A stretch of 62,965 nucleotides of DNA, filler included, from Basidiobolus ranarum (GCA_040143965.1; 26 parts of 26 records of this genome joined end to end with filler, not necessarily neighbours in it), one strand, 5' to 3'; positions 13,460 through 26,372 are shown, counted from the first letter of the whole stretch. Program-made: numbers and translations. The notes: generated by a model from the sequence alone, not told the origin.

Positions 13460-14230
13460 TTGGTAAACATTAGTCCACTCATAACACTTACTGTAAAGGA
13501 AGCAGCTATGATTATTGAGGAGTGGAGAGTTCAATTCAATCTTAGCAACCAGGTGTTTATTGGTTTTCTTACACTTTTACCACTGTTGATTGGCAACTGT
13601 TGCTTGCCACAGACCTGGTACAAGTGGAAAACACCAGTCAATTGTATTACTTATAATTCTTCAGTAATTAAACTACCTTCATGTCCAAATGGTTGTTTGG
13701 CATTCACCAGTGATCTGAAAAACCTGAAGTCATGTACTGCTTGCACAGAAATGCCAATCGGTGAATCAGGTAAATATTGTTCATGTTTGGCTTACATATT
13801 GTTGATTCCCCATCTTAAAGTTTTGATGAAATCACCCAAATATAGATCATTGATCCAATACCAAAGTACTCACTGTAAAGCTGATGGTATTACCAATATA
13901 CTGGATGGATATCACTACCAGATTCTGAAGAGTCAAGGTTTCTTTAAGAACATGTATGATCATGCATTTGAATTGGCTTTGGATGGTTTCTTGCTAAACA
14001 AATATATCATTGGAAAGGCTTGCTGGCCAATAATTTTAATCAACTTAAATTGTCCTCCTTGTGATTGTATAAGAGTCATAATATTTTGATACTATCCATT
14101 ATATCTGGACCTAAATCACCAGTGCTTATAGATTGATTCTTAGAGCCTTTGAATGTGGAATTTGAATGGTTATATAATGAGGTTCAGATAGGTAAATATT
14201 TTATTAAAGCTAATATCATTGTATGTATTG
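13460..14230 (+). pseudogene. CMC/EnSpm transposase (Transposase_21/tnp2-like) relic
   Basis: CPNGCLAF..CTAC..AYILLIPHLK..ILDGYHY..LALDGF..CWPIILINLNCPP. Confidence 0.85.
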
Positions 14231-14596
14231 TCCTAACAACAATAAAATCAATTTGATCCAGATTGGATCCACCCTCCAACATAGCAAAACCTTCAGAGAA
14301 CCATCACAATATTGGTGGCTTGCATTCTGCCAAGGATTTTGATGGTGTGATGGTGGTTTCTTGATGGTATTTTGAAGGTATTCATACATGTTAAAATATT
14401 GATCTTCAAACTTGGCATGTGTTATTCAATATCTGGCAATTGTTGCAAAAATCTAATTTTTGAATGGCAATTTACTGGGTTTACAGCTGTAGGAATNNNN
14501 NNNNNNNNNNNNNNNNNNNNNNNNNNNNNNNNNNNNNNNNTTAATTAATTAANNNNNNNNNNNNNNNNNNNNNNNNNNNNNNNNNNNNNNNNNNNN

Positions 14597-15290
14597 CTTA
14601 TATGGCCTGATGTAGATACTATAGTCAGCATCACGCTTTTGGAGTTTGAGTGTGTCCAAAAAAGTATCTATCTTGCTATTCCAAGCTCTTGGAGATTGTT
14701 TTAAGCCATAGAGTGTTTTCCATAGTCTGCAAACTTTTTTAGGGTTTACTGGGTCCACAAATTGATCTGGCTGGTCCATATAGATCTCCTTCACAAGCTC
14801 ACCATTCAAAAAGCAGCTTTAACATCCATTTGATGTATAATAAACTGATATTTAGCTGAAATTGCTGAAATCAGTCTAATTGAATTAAACTTTGCTACAG
14901 GAGCAAAAGTTTCTGTATAATCTATTCCTGGTGTTTGGCAATAGCTTTTGGCTACTAGTCTAGCCTTGTACCTTTCTATATTGCTATCAGAGTTGTATTT
15001 AACTTCAAGAACCCATTGGCTGCAAGTGATTTTCTATCATCAGGTAAAATGGTTGAAATCCAAGTTTGATTATCTCTCAAGGTGTGGTCCTCATCAGCCA
15101 TTGCAGATCTCCAAGATTTTTTGTGAGGGCCATTCAGTGCCTCTTTTACCACCTGGGGTTCATGTATTTGTGCTGTGCAGGCATAGGTCCAATTTGGGGA
15201 CTCATTGATATAGTAATCAGGGCTATTTCTGATCTGATTTGATCTCTTGGTTTGGCATAAAGGTACTACAACTTCTGGCATTCTATTTAT
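14597..15290 (-). pseudogene. Copia RT relic
   Basis: GELVKEIYMDQP..LWKTLYGLKQSPRAWN; YKARLVAK. Confidence 0.92.
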
Positions 15291-15604
15291 TGGAGGATCT
15301 TGGCATAATGTGGGTAGACTTTGAGTATTAGAAGCAACTTATGATAGTGTATTTTAGCTACTTTATTCTTAAGAGTATATGGTGACTTATATAGTAGAAA
15401 AGTAAATCAATTGTTTGAGATATTCAGGAGTTTGTGTAATAAGATATAATAGATAAGTGGGGGTAATAAGACATACTTGTTATATAGATATAGAGATATT
15501 TCTATATGGAATATAGGGGCTATAGATATGTTGCTTTCTGCTTCTGATATATGTATCATAACTAAAGTTAACTATGATGTTGAATAAAGATTAATTATCC
15601 AACA

Positions 15605-16925
15605 CCTTCACTTAATTCTTATTCAGCATTGTGTTTATATTGACTGATGCCAATTCCTGCTCTTAACTTCTCAAAGCTTGAAGTTTTCAGTGGTTTTGTT
15701 AGTATATCTGCAAGCATGTTTTCAGTGTTACCATAAATGAAGTTCACTTCTTGGTCTTGAAGTTTCTCTCATATAATATGATGTCTTATGTCAATATAAT
15801 TCATCCTTGAGTGATGCTCCGGATTTTTGGTGATCTGAATACCACTAATATTATCTTGATATGTTGGGGTAGGATTTACTTGATCATATCCTAGTTGCTT
15901 GAGAAGACTCCTTGGCCATATAGCTTCTTGACCAGCAACAGAGCTGCCATATATTCTGCTTCTGTAGTTGATAATGCAACAGTTTGTTGTTTCTTGCTAA
16001 TCTAGTCTATTGGCCCACCTGCTAGCCTAAATTCATATCCAGTTCTGGATTTACAGTCTTCTGTATTGTAAGCCCAGTCTGCATCAGCATATCCTTCCAG
16101 AAAAAGTTACATGTTGTACTGCTTACTAAATTGAATTCCATGATGTATTGTTCCTTTCAGATAGTGTATTATCTGTTTCTCAGCTATCCAATGTTCAATT
16201 GCAGGATTCTCCATATATTTGCTTACTATACTTACTGCTGTAGCAATATCAGGCCTAGTACCAGTTGTTGCATATATGAGACTTCCAACTGCACTATGTT
16301 AAGAAATATGTTTCATGATTTAAATATCTTCAGAGGTCTTTGGTTCCATATTGTCAGAGAGTTTCAGCATACCTGGTGGATTTGAAGCTGTTTTACATTC
16401 CAACATATTGAATCTGTTTAAAACATCTCTAATATATTTTTCTTGTATAATACAGAGTGTTCCAATAGTGGAATTTTGATATATCTGCATTCCAAGACAA
16501 AATGCTAAGGATCCAAGATCTTGCATTTCAAACTCAGTGGATAGCCAGGTCTTAGATTGTTTCATCAGCTTTGAGCAATTACTAATTGTTATGATATCAT
16601 CAACATAGAGAGCAATTATCACTTAGGTGGCTCTGATAGTTTTGAAGTATTTGCAGTGATCAGCTTTGCTATGATGGAAAAGATGTTTCATGAATATCTG
16701 ATTGATTTTGGTATTCCGTGGCCAAGGAGCCTGTTTTGGACCATATAGACTTCTCTGTAGTTTGGATACTTGATGTTCTTTTCCTTTTGTAATATATCCC
16801 TCTGGTTGATCCAAGTATATATCTTCATCAATTTCTCCATTAAGAAATGCTGTCTTGACATCCATTTGTTCAATCAGCATTCCTTGGTGGGTAGCAATGG
16901 CTAGGATTACTCTGATTGAGGTAAA
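15605..16925 (-). pseudogene. Copia family D RT-RNaseH relic ending at PPT/3' LTR
   Basis: QMDVKTAFLNG, SLYGPKQAP, ALYVDDI, YADADWA. Confidence 0.92.
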
Positions 16926-17100
16926 NNNNNNNNNNNNNNNNNNNNNNNNNNNNNNNNNNNNNNNNNNNNTTAATTAATTAANNNNNNNNNNNNNNNNNNN
17001 NNNNNNNNNNNNNNNNNNNNNNNNNAATAAGGTAAATTTTCACTCAGAATTAAATCCTATTTAAAGGAAGGATGTGAATTATAACTGACTTAAGAATAAA

Positions 17101-18102
17101 ATGACCAAAACACATAGTGTCACGTTCGAAGATGTCCAAAGAGCTTCCGAAAGAATTGCACCCTTAATTCACAAAACTCCAGTGATGACATGTAGTACTC
17201 TGGATGGTTTCTCACAAACTGAAGCTAGTCCCGATATACGCCTTTTTTTTAAGTGCGAAATGTTTCAGAAAACTGGTGCTTTCAAATTTCGTGGGGCAAG
17301 TAATGCCGTTTTACAATTATCGGATGAGATGGTCAAGAATGGTGTAGTCACTCATAGTTCTGGAAATCATGCTCAAGCCCTAGCTTTGGCTGCTAAGAGC
17401 CGAAATATACCTGCTTATATCGTGATGCCAAGCACTTGTCCACAAGTGAAAAAGGATGCGGTAAAGGGATACGGTGCTATCATCACTGAATGTGAGCCCA
17501 ACCAACAATCTCGTGAGCTTGCCGCACAGTCCATCATTGACAAACTTGGTGCTACTTTAGTCCATCCTTACAACCATCCTCATATAATTGCCGGACAAGG
17601 CACTTGTATGCTTGAGTTTTATCAACAAGCGGAGGAAATGAACGTTACTTTAGATGCGCTAGTGTTGCCAATTGGTGGAGGAGGATTCATATCTGGATGT
17701 TCTATTGCTGCTAAAGCACTCAACCCTAATGTGCGAATTTTTGGTGCTGAACCAGCTAATGCTAAAGATGCTTATCTTTCATTTGAATCTAAGGAGCTGA
17801 TTCCCAATGCAAAGCCACCAACTTCTATCGCAGAAGGGCTTTTAGCCAATCTTGGACCTTATGCTTTCCCCGTAGTGATAGATCATCTTGAGAAGGTATT
17901 CATCGTTACTGAAGAGCAAATATCTGATGCCATGAAGATGGTGTGGGAAAGAATGAAACTTATCATTGAAGGCTCTGCTGCAGTGGCAGTAGCAGTAGTC
18001 CTCTACAATGAGGAATTCCGTAAGCTTCAAGGAATTCGAAATATTGGTATTGTATTAGAAGGCGGAAATGCTGATCTATCGAGCCTCCCTTGGCTCAAGT
18101 AG
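17101..18102 (+). CDS. PLP-dependent serine racemase / threo-hydroxyaspartate ammonia-lyase (Thr dehydratase family), intronless
   Basis: KCEMFQKTGAFKFRGA (PLP lysine), HSSGNHAQA, PIGGGG, IAGQGT; intact 333 aa. Confidence 0.93.
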   Translation: MTKTHSVTFEDVQRASERIAPLIHKTPVMTCSTLDGFSQTEASPDIRLFFKCEMFQKTGAFKFRGASNAVLQLSDEMVKNGVVTHSSGNHAQALALAAKSRNIPAYIVMPSTCPQVKKDAVKGYGAIITECEPNQQSRELAAQSIIDKLGATLVHPYNHPHIIAGQGTCMLEFYQQAEEMNVTLDALVLPIGGGGFISGCSIAAKALNPNVRIFGAEPANAKDAYLSFESKELIPNAKPPTSIAEGLLANLGPYAFPVVIDHLEKVFIVTEEQISDAMKMVWERMKLIIEGSAAVAVAVVLYNEEFRKLQGIRNIGIVLEGGNADLSSLPWLK

Positions 18103-18400
18103 ACATTATTCTCGAAGATATTGAATTTTGGGATATAAACTCATCAAAACAATGATATTCATTCCTTATCTTAATCCCTTGTACTTTATATCTTTTGATA
18201 AACGTACATACCTTCCATTAATAAAAGGAATTTGTATACAAAACCCAGTAAGATAGGAGTGTGGGTGTTTTCATTTTAATGGTGCTAACAGTGTCTCTTA
18301 TCAATTAGTATTTGTAAATTGGTTATAACTGCCATACAAAACCTCAGCTCAACAGATATATAGCTGCTATTAGTATGCTTCATCTATTTACTAAGATTGA

Positions 18401-18887
18401 CTATTGCTCAAATAGATCCTTGAGTTTACGGAAGATCTCTCTCTCAGCAAATACTTGCTGTTCAGGATCGCTTGGTAGTTGTGAGCTCACGAAGAATTGA
18501 CGTTTAAATTTCAAAGCTATTTTCAACCCAAGAATCGACCACAGCTAGTTAGTAGACTCTTCAAGAAAGTGAGTATATTTAGTTTCTTACTCAAACGTCT
18601 GGCGAAATGATTCTTTGCATTGGTAGGTGAGTTTCCCAGTAGATTAGTGGCATTAATATTTGTGCCCTATGGTTGATATTAGTTTCAAAATCTATATAAA
18701 AGCGAGGTTCATGACTTGCCTGACGAGGTGGCATAGCAACAGCTAAGGTCTCAAGTGTTGGGGTGTTACCCATCCATACGAAAGCACTATCATCAAGAAG
18801 CAACACTTGAAAATAGATAGGCTCATTTAGATAGAGCGTAGAGAATTGATGTACTTTAAATTTGGGGTCGGCTGCTTCAGAAGTCAT
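18401..18887 (-). CDS. PSMG4: Proteasome assembly chaperone 4 (PAC4/PSMG4-like); exons 18720-18887, 18591-18666, 18401-18516; 119 aa
   Basis: Splicing a GC-AG intron (18667-18719) and a GT-AG intron (18517-18590) gives ..SAFVWMG..LAVAMPPRQ-GTNINATNLLG..FARRLTLKFKRQFFVSSQLP..FAEREI. Confidence 0.8.
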
Positions 18888-19453
18888 GACTCGAGCACAA
18901 AGTTATGATACCTTTGGGTTAGCGATGGGACAATGCTAATATTATCAAAGTAGTTTATTATCATGACTAGTTTAAACTATTTGAATAACTTTCATGGGTG
19001 GTATCAACTCTTCCAAAATTGGATTACTTTGGGGTTACTTCAAAGTAAGCAAGGCACCCTTGTATTTTTTTTCACTTGAAAAGAGAGGAAGCTATTGGTA
19101 TAAAAACCCAAGGATTCAATTCTGAATCTTCACCTTCTTCGCTCTCTCAATGCAGTATTAGGTAAGTCTATGATTTATATTGATTTTCTTTCATCACCAT
19201 CGTAAATGATGACACGTTACTCTTGAATGCAACTCCATGATTTTTATAACTTTATACCAATTGTTCCTACTGAAATACGATATTTTCCATTACATTTGTA
19301 TCTGATAATTCGTGATTATTCTAACCACTTATATATTTACAGGCAGCTGAGAGNNNNNNNNNNNNNNNNNNNNNNNNNNNNNNNNNNNNNNNNNNNNTTA
19401 ATTAATTAANNNNNNNNNNNNNNNNNNNNNNNNNNNNNNNNNNNNNNNNNNNN

Positions 19454-20650
19454 TCTTTGGGGCTAATTTCAACACTTTGAAAAGTACAAGTTGAGGTTGT
19501 AGAGCTGTGAGTTTTATTTGCTGGTGTTTTGGCTTGTTGAGAGGTGCCAGGTGATGGATAAACTCTCAAATATAGCACTCTTCAAACTGGTGTATCTGGT
19601 TCCATGGTACAATTAAGCTTTTTTGCCAGTATATCTGACTCTGGAAATGCAGATCTTTGTAATGGAGTGAAGAATTTGGAACTGAGACAGTAGAGCCTAA
19701 ACTTAATGGCTCCTTGCTTTTCCCTTGGGTTTACAAACTTCCTGCTCCTTAAGTACTTTTTTAGCTCCTTTTCTTTCTTTACCAAGTTGATAATTGTGTA
19801 CATTCTTGAAATGTTTCATCAATAGGCCTATACTAGCCCAATTGCCATTTGCTTGCAAAAACCCAGTGTAAGCCACATGAAATAAGTCAAGAACCTTCAG
19901 AGAAATGCCTGGTGTTTTGTTTTTCCACAATTGGCTCAAATCTAGGTGATTTTGGGCAAGATTCTACATGGTTTCCAAAATGTTTAGCTGCTCATCATCA
20001 GAGCAAGTGATGGCAGCTCTGACATTCAGAGTCTTTTGGTTTGCCAGTTTTCCTATCAGATTTCTACTTTCATGTGACCAAGCAGTTTCAGGTCATTGTG
20101 TAGGCTTAATGGTCCGGCACATATACTGCTCTGCTAGATTGTCATGGTAACATTCATATGTATAGTGTGCAATTGTTTGAAATCCCATATGAGAATGGAT
20201 TCAGGGAGCAGCACCTGGCTCTGGCTCAAGTATGGCATTCCAAAGGTCTTGTATCCTTGTTGAGTGACTCTCTAACTTTTGACTAGTTCCTTCCAAATGC
20301 TGCATTAATTGCAATATTGCGGCATTATTACTTGTCATGGCCTGTATAGCAACTTTGTAGTTTTGACTTATCATTGCATACAAATCATTATGGTGTTCTG
20401 CCTGCAATTCCCTTGTTGTAATAATTCTATCAGCAGAGGATTGTTCAATAGTGGGTAAAGTAGACATTTTGAAAGTTGATGGTCATTACAGTGTTTTGGT
20501 TGAACTTTGCTCAACTCTTGATTTACTCGGTAATATGGCAATTACAATCTCTTCACTTGCACCATTGCTGGAAAGGAACACATCTGGTTATATGATTAAT
20601 GCTTCATTATTACTTGAGTTAGTTTCCGGCATGTTAGTGGCTTCCAAAGT
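19454..20650 (-). pseudogene. Repeated orphan ORF, probably the accessory gene of the EnSpm element; copies at 36436-36810, 37880-38759, 46131-46720 and 58570-59430
   Basis: Shared IITTRE-QAEHHNDLYA sequence; the copy at 46131-46720 ends about 250 bp from the element terminus at 46971. Confidence 0.6.
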
Positions 20651-20656
20651 GGATAG

Positions 20657-21780
20657 TATTGAAGTTTATTGTCTTTATCACATTTGTTATCTCTATCTTT
20701 ATACATCTAACTATTTCATATATCACATATAAGTTAGTTAACATCACTTAGTCAAATATCACTAAACTGAAAATTGGAACATATATTATATATATATGAG
20801 AATAATATGAGAATTAGCAATTCCATATTGGAAATTTCAAGCTCTTCCAAATTACCCCAAAGATAGCTCATTTTACTCCCACAGATGTTCTGAACACAAC
20901 CTGAGTGTTAGTTTTCTCTATTTCTATCAAAATGTATAAATGTTTTATTTCTGGTCAATAAATAATTATCTCACAAAGCTATTCACAACTCCTCTTTTCT
21001 AAAGTTCCTCCAAACAGCCCATATGTTCCCATCAGATTATGAGCCCCATGTTGTAACCTTTATAGCATGACAGAAACCACTACTACCACCTTTATTAACT
21101 CAAGTGTTGACAAGCTTGATGGGGTAAATTACAATTTATGGAAGTTCAAGATGCCAATCATGCTGGAAGACAGGGAGCTTTGAGATTTAGTCTCTGGAGA
21201 TGAAAAGGAATCTTCTGACCCTTCTTTACTGAAAGCTTACAAGAAAAGAGATAAGAAGGACTTTGATGTCATTTATCAAAGCTTGAAGGATTCACAACTT
21301 GTTAATATTCAATATGCAAAGACTTCCCATCAAGCTTGGATTATATTAGAAGAGGGTCATGAAGCAAAGAGTCTTGCTAATAGCCTCTTTCTGAGACAAA
21401 AATTCTTCAATATAAAGATGAAAAGTCTTTAAGCATGGTTACTCATATTGCAAATGTGAGATCTTTGGCAAAACAACTGGAAAGTATTGGTGCAACTTTA
21501 CAGGAAGAAGATGCCATTATCACTCTTCTAGGTAGTCTATCAGAACAGTATTCAAACTTAGTCACAGCATTAGATGCAAGATCTGACAAGCTTTCTTTGC
21601 AGTTTGTGTTGGCAAGGCTAAAGAATCAACATCTCAGAAGTGAGAATTTGAAAAAGAATCTGAGAAACAGGCACTTTTTGGAGCTGGAAAACATAGCTTT
21701 GGCAAGTACAAAGGTTACAAAAGAAGGAAACCAGGTTTATGCTATGGTTATAACAAGCCAGGGCATCAGTTAAAAGATTG
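20657..21780 (+). mobile_element. Copia family A LTR, PBS and gag relic
   Basis: MTETTTTTFINSSVDKLDGVNYNLWKFK; LTR matches 13060-13439. Confidence 0.9.
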
Positions 21781-21880
21781 NNNNNNNNNNNNNNNNNNNN
21801 NNNNNNNNNNNNNNNNNNNNNNNNTTAATTAATTAANNNNNNNNNNNNNNNNNNNNNNNNNNNNNNNNNNNNNNNNNNNN

Positions 21881-22487
21881 TCAACAGTCAATGGAGAAAA
21901 GTTTGTCAAGTACCTCCAGGAGAGAGCCAAAGCCACGCTGGTCCTGAAAAAGTATTATTCAAACGAAGATGTCCCTGCTGCAGAAAACCGAAAAAGTAAT
22001 TTGCTGCCGTTCCGAAAAATGAAATGCTGTGATAATAATCGGCAACTGGACTGTCGGAAATGTGAAGTTTCATGAGCCCATTAGAGGCATTAGAATGAGA
22101 AGAATGCTAGCAAAAGAAGGCTTCCAGGTATACCTCCTTAATGAGTTCAAAACTTCTAGTCTGTGTCCTGTCTGTGGAAACGGCAAGCTTGAAATATTCA
22201 AAGAAGTACAGAACCTGAGACCTTTTAAAAGAGAAAAGAATCCCACTGTAACATGCCATAGCCTGTTAAGGTAAAAGCTTGTATATGCAAGACAAAAAAA
22301 ACGAAGCTGATTGTTTTCAATTTAGGTGCAAAAACCAGAGCGATTTTGCAGACTGAAGGCAGCTCCATCCACAAGTTCTAAAAGAAAGGGGGTCTCATTA
22401 GCTAATAGTACTCGACCCACTAAAAAACCAACCCATCCTTTGTAGTTACCGCTACACTAATCCAAGATACAGTGCAAGTCTTTGAAC
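21881..22487 (+). pseudogene. Fanzor1 C-terminal relic (internal deletions) with intron 22271-22325 and conserved 3' motif
   Basis: FVKYLQERA..LPFRKMK / IIIGNW..KFHEPIRGIRMRRMLAKEGFQVYLLNEFKTSSLCPVC..CHSLLR|CKNQ; RuvC-III missing in this copy. Confidence 0.85.
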
Positions 22488-23034
22488 AAATGAGCTTCGT
22501 CTACAAAAAAAATTACACTGCCTATTTTTTTTACATTCACTCGTCTCAAAGTTTTTTTGCAATCGTCCCATATATTTTATGAAGCGTCTAATTTTTTTTA
22601 AATTGTCTCATTTTAGGCTAAAACACTGTTATAGATAAACAACCTTAAATATTATGAATATCTAAATCCTAAATGTTGGGACTCTGATAAACTTTAATAA
22701 ATATTGACTTTCCAATAACTTAAGTATTCTAACTGGTTAATATAGAAACTGAATTTATGGATACACCAAATGTGGGGTTTTAGAATATTCTTACTAGTTT
22801 AAACGTAAATTTCATTTTTATGGAAAAAATAAACACTAACATAAGCCCAAGTAATAACAATTCACTTCCATCTGACCAATAGAAATGCTAGAAAGTAGTA
22901 GATTGGTTTATAAACAAACAAAACAATCTCCCTCCCCACTTTTTCCACCAAGAGAAGGTATATTTATATTTCTCGAGTGTCATAGAATAGTCTAGCCTCT
23001 GGAACAATAATACTTGTTTTAAACTTCACGAAGG

Positions 23035-24207
23035 ATGATGGCCGATAGTACGGAAAATAACAATATAGAACCTTTTGAGGTCAAAGAAGCCATTAAGGAG
23101 GAGATAGTTGATAAAGGAAAGGAGAAAGTTACCTCACCATTAGTTGAGGAGAAAAGAACATCCACCGAATTCTTTCCCGAAGGTACTCTAAAAGATAGAA
23201 AGATTTTTAAGAAAGCTTAAATCAAAGTAAGTTACTAATGTTTATTCTTTGGTATATTCTAGAAAATGGAAAACCTCCTATGGTAGAAGAAGCAGTCTAT
23301 TCTATTTATTGTGGACTATACACTGAGACTTGGTTAAATAAACTTCAGCAATTGAAGGTATTTGGTCTTTGGAACTAACTTGTACTCAATTTTCGGTCTT
23401 GTTTACCTGTAAATTCCTTTTTAATAGGAGCAATTACGTAACCAAGGCCTACCATCTCCTAGTAAATATAAGTACAATGAATGTGAAGTAAAAGAGGTCT
23501 CTTCTACCACTCCGGAAAAGTAAGGGAATGGGAAATTTGAGTAAAAATGAAACTTACTAACCAATTTGCACTATAGTAACCAAGAAATCGCAACAGTTCG
23601 TAAAGATAATATGTTTAGCAGTGAAGTGACCGAACAAGAGATGGACATCATCGCACAACGTGTTGCCATTCAACAACGTCGGGTAAGTTATCCTAAGTTA
23701 GACTATCTCTTATATATTAATATTGGTATTAAAAAACCATTTAGTTTGCTGAATTTGAGCGAAGAGAATTCGAACAAAAAGCCCGTAAGATTCGAAGCAT
23801 GTTTGATTATCTCTCTGATGAGGAGATAAAGCATTCGTTAAAGCAATGGTCAAACGACGAGGTAAATTAGTTGCATGTAGATGAACTTTTGGTAAGTGAA
23901 ATCATATTAATCGTGTTAACTAATTGCTTTTAGGAAGAGGTGATTGTTCAGTTTGCACAGCCTGGATATTTATTAAGAATTCGTAGAGCTCTAGCTAAAA
24001 AGAACGAGGAGACTGTCTCTTCCCAATGTATGTATTTTCTCAATATTTCTTGTTGACTTGAAATGGTAACTGAACTTTGTTGAAGCTCAAGCCATGACAG
24101 AAGAACAACGGGAGGCTTATGAGCAGCTGGTACGTAAGCGTACTTCTACCCTTAAAAAATCAACTACTGCAGATGCAAAACAGTAAGTGTTTGACTAAAA
24201 AAGGATG
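23035..24207 (+). CDS. Multi-exon host gene, N-terminal part, function unresolved
   Basis: GT-AG introns with CTAAC-type branch sites separate in-frame exons (ENGKPPMVEEAVYSIYCG.., FAEFERREFEQKARKIRSMF.., EEVIVQFAQPGYLLRIRR..); CpG retained. Confidence 0.7.
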
Positions 24208-24307
24208 NNNNNNNNNNNNNNNNNNNNNNNNNNNNNNNNNNNNNNNNNNNNTTAATTAATTAANNNNNNNNNNNNNNNNNNNNNNNNNNNNNNNNNNNNN
24301 NNNNNNN

Positions 24308-25165
24308 AGCAGCATTTTCATTTTAATTTTCCAAACTTGATAATTGGTTCCATCCAATTTTTCAGAAGAGGGAAAAGTTCCATAAATTTGAAAAGTAGAC
24401 ATTACAGAGAGTGCAAGCATTGGGCTCATAACCTGTTAAAGTATTTGGGAGCCTGTTAGAAGTGGTTTGGAGAAGTAGAGGAAATAATGGTTTTCACTTA
24501 TTGATTTGTTGCATATTCACTTGACATTTATAGTTTGTCAAGATATAAGCAACTAGCATGTAGAATGTGTCAAGGAAGGTCCCAGGAACATGTGTGCAAA
24601 GCTTGGGGCTTCTTTGAAAAATCTATATATCCGAGAACTTCTAAGTTGGTAAAAATGTTGTATGTTGCTAAAGTATTTGGGAGCCTGTTGCAAGTGCTTG
24701 GAGAATTAGTGGAATTGGAGGTTTCCACTTATTGATTTATTGAGTAGAAAGCTGACATTTATAGTTTTGTCAAGATGTAAACAAACTAACATGTACAATG
24801 TGTCAAGGAAGGTCTCAGGAACATGTGTGCAAAGTTTGGGGCTTCTTTGAAAAATCTAAATATCTGAGAACTTCTAAGTAGATTCCAATTGAGAATAATG
24901 GATAATATCTTAGTTCAATATAAGATAACTAAGTACTAAGCTATATATGACTATATTGGTGTTTGGGCAATGCTAATTTCAACATAAGTAAATTCCAATA
25001 TCAAATAATGAGTGATATCTTAGTGGAATATAGGACAACTAAATACTAAGCTATATATGACTATATAGGTGTATAGGCAATGCCAACTTCAACAGTAATA
25101 GTTGAAAACCACAAATTCTTCTAACTCTCCAAACCACTTCCCATAGCTCCCAAAATCCATCAACA
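24308..25165. mobile_element. Copia family C gag start and PBS (minus strand) with nested or tandem family C LTR pieces
   Basis: GGGCTCATAACC at about 24422; repeated AAAGTATTTGGGAGCCTGTT and TAAGCTATATATGACTAT blocks. Confidence 0.8.
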
Positions 25166-25281
25166 GTTTTATCCACCAGTCTACGCCCAAGGAACTTCCT
25201 TCTCACCAAGATTCTTGCATGCACCTCCTGTCCTTATCCAGTACCTTAATGTCGTAAAAGTTGTTGTAGTTATAGTAGCAG

Positions 25282-26372
25282 TTATTCTTCTAATGTCCAT
25301 ATCTCTTTTGTGATTGTACTTGTAGTAATTCTGTCTATTATTGTGATATCTGTATTGGCCAATGTCACAAAATTGGTAACATGATCGTGAGCAGTAGTAG
25401 TCAATGTGGACCCAATTGTGACTGCTATCCTAATATCAATATGGATTTGGGTTTGAGTTACTGTGCTTGTTATAGTAACTACTGTTAATTCGTGCTCTTC
25501 TCTATCAGCTGTATCCGTATCTGAGACTGTGACTGTAGCTGTAGTTAGATCCAGGGCCATCAATATCAATATATTTGATGCGGCATTGTCAATCTCGTTC
25601 TATTATCAGGACTTGAGTACCATGTCACTCTACATTCCCCCAATACTTATGTAATCAACATAAACAGTAAATATAGCTCTAACAATCTCGATAGAATCTG
25701 TACGCACAGTTTGTGTAGTGAATTTGGTAAAGAATAGCTAAATCGAGATAATATGTAACTTAATCAAAAATATGAACAAAATAGCAATCTAGCTTACACT
25801 GGTAGTTGAGGTGGATGTAGCCGTTATCACCTCGGTTTCGTCCACATCAACGCCAATATCAATCAAGTATTGTACTAATACTGGATCAGAATTCAATCTT
25901 ACACTAAACAAGAAGTCAATGAGACGAGATAAATCTGCACAACTAATCTCATTTCCATTGTTCAAATAGAAAATAAGCAGGGTGGTATCAATGTTGGTAG
26001 GATACTTCACTGGATCTGGTTGTGGATCTGGCATGGGCCTTGGTGCGGGTGCGGAAGAAGTAGTTTTACTATATGAGCTACCAGATACTGAAGCACCTCT
26101 ACTAGAGCTACTCAATGGTACAGATGAAGAAGACGTACTACGACTGGAGCAACTGGATGGCCCCAATGTGGAAGAGGTACTACGACTAGAATTACTGCTT
26201 GTTCTGCAATATCACTCGAAGACAGATTCAATGCTGTTAAATTTTTTGCTTTACACTGTCACTAATGTATTCGAGTAACACCACATACCTGGATTTCTTT
26301 TGCCATCTTTACGAATATATCAAATATTGGGTTCTTTAAGGTTTTCTTATATGGGGTGTTACTTTTAGTCAT
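25282..26372 (-). CDS. Ser/Thr/Pro-rich low-complexity protein; exon structure uncertain
   Basis: ORFs 25789-26166 (SSSRSTSSS, PAPRPMPDPQPDP) and 25282-25569 (Thr-rich); CpG retained; plausible introns. Confidence 0.45.

Noticed and set aside
13334-13460. N-terminal part of the 251-aa ORF as a true transposase start
   Set aside because: It reads through an inverted copia LTR, so it is a chance fusion.
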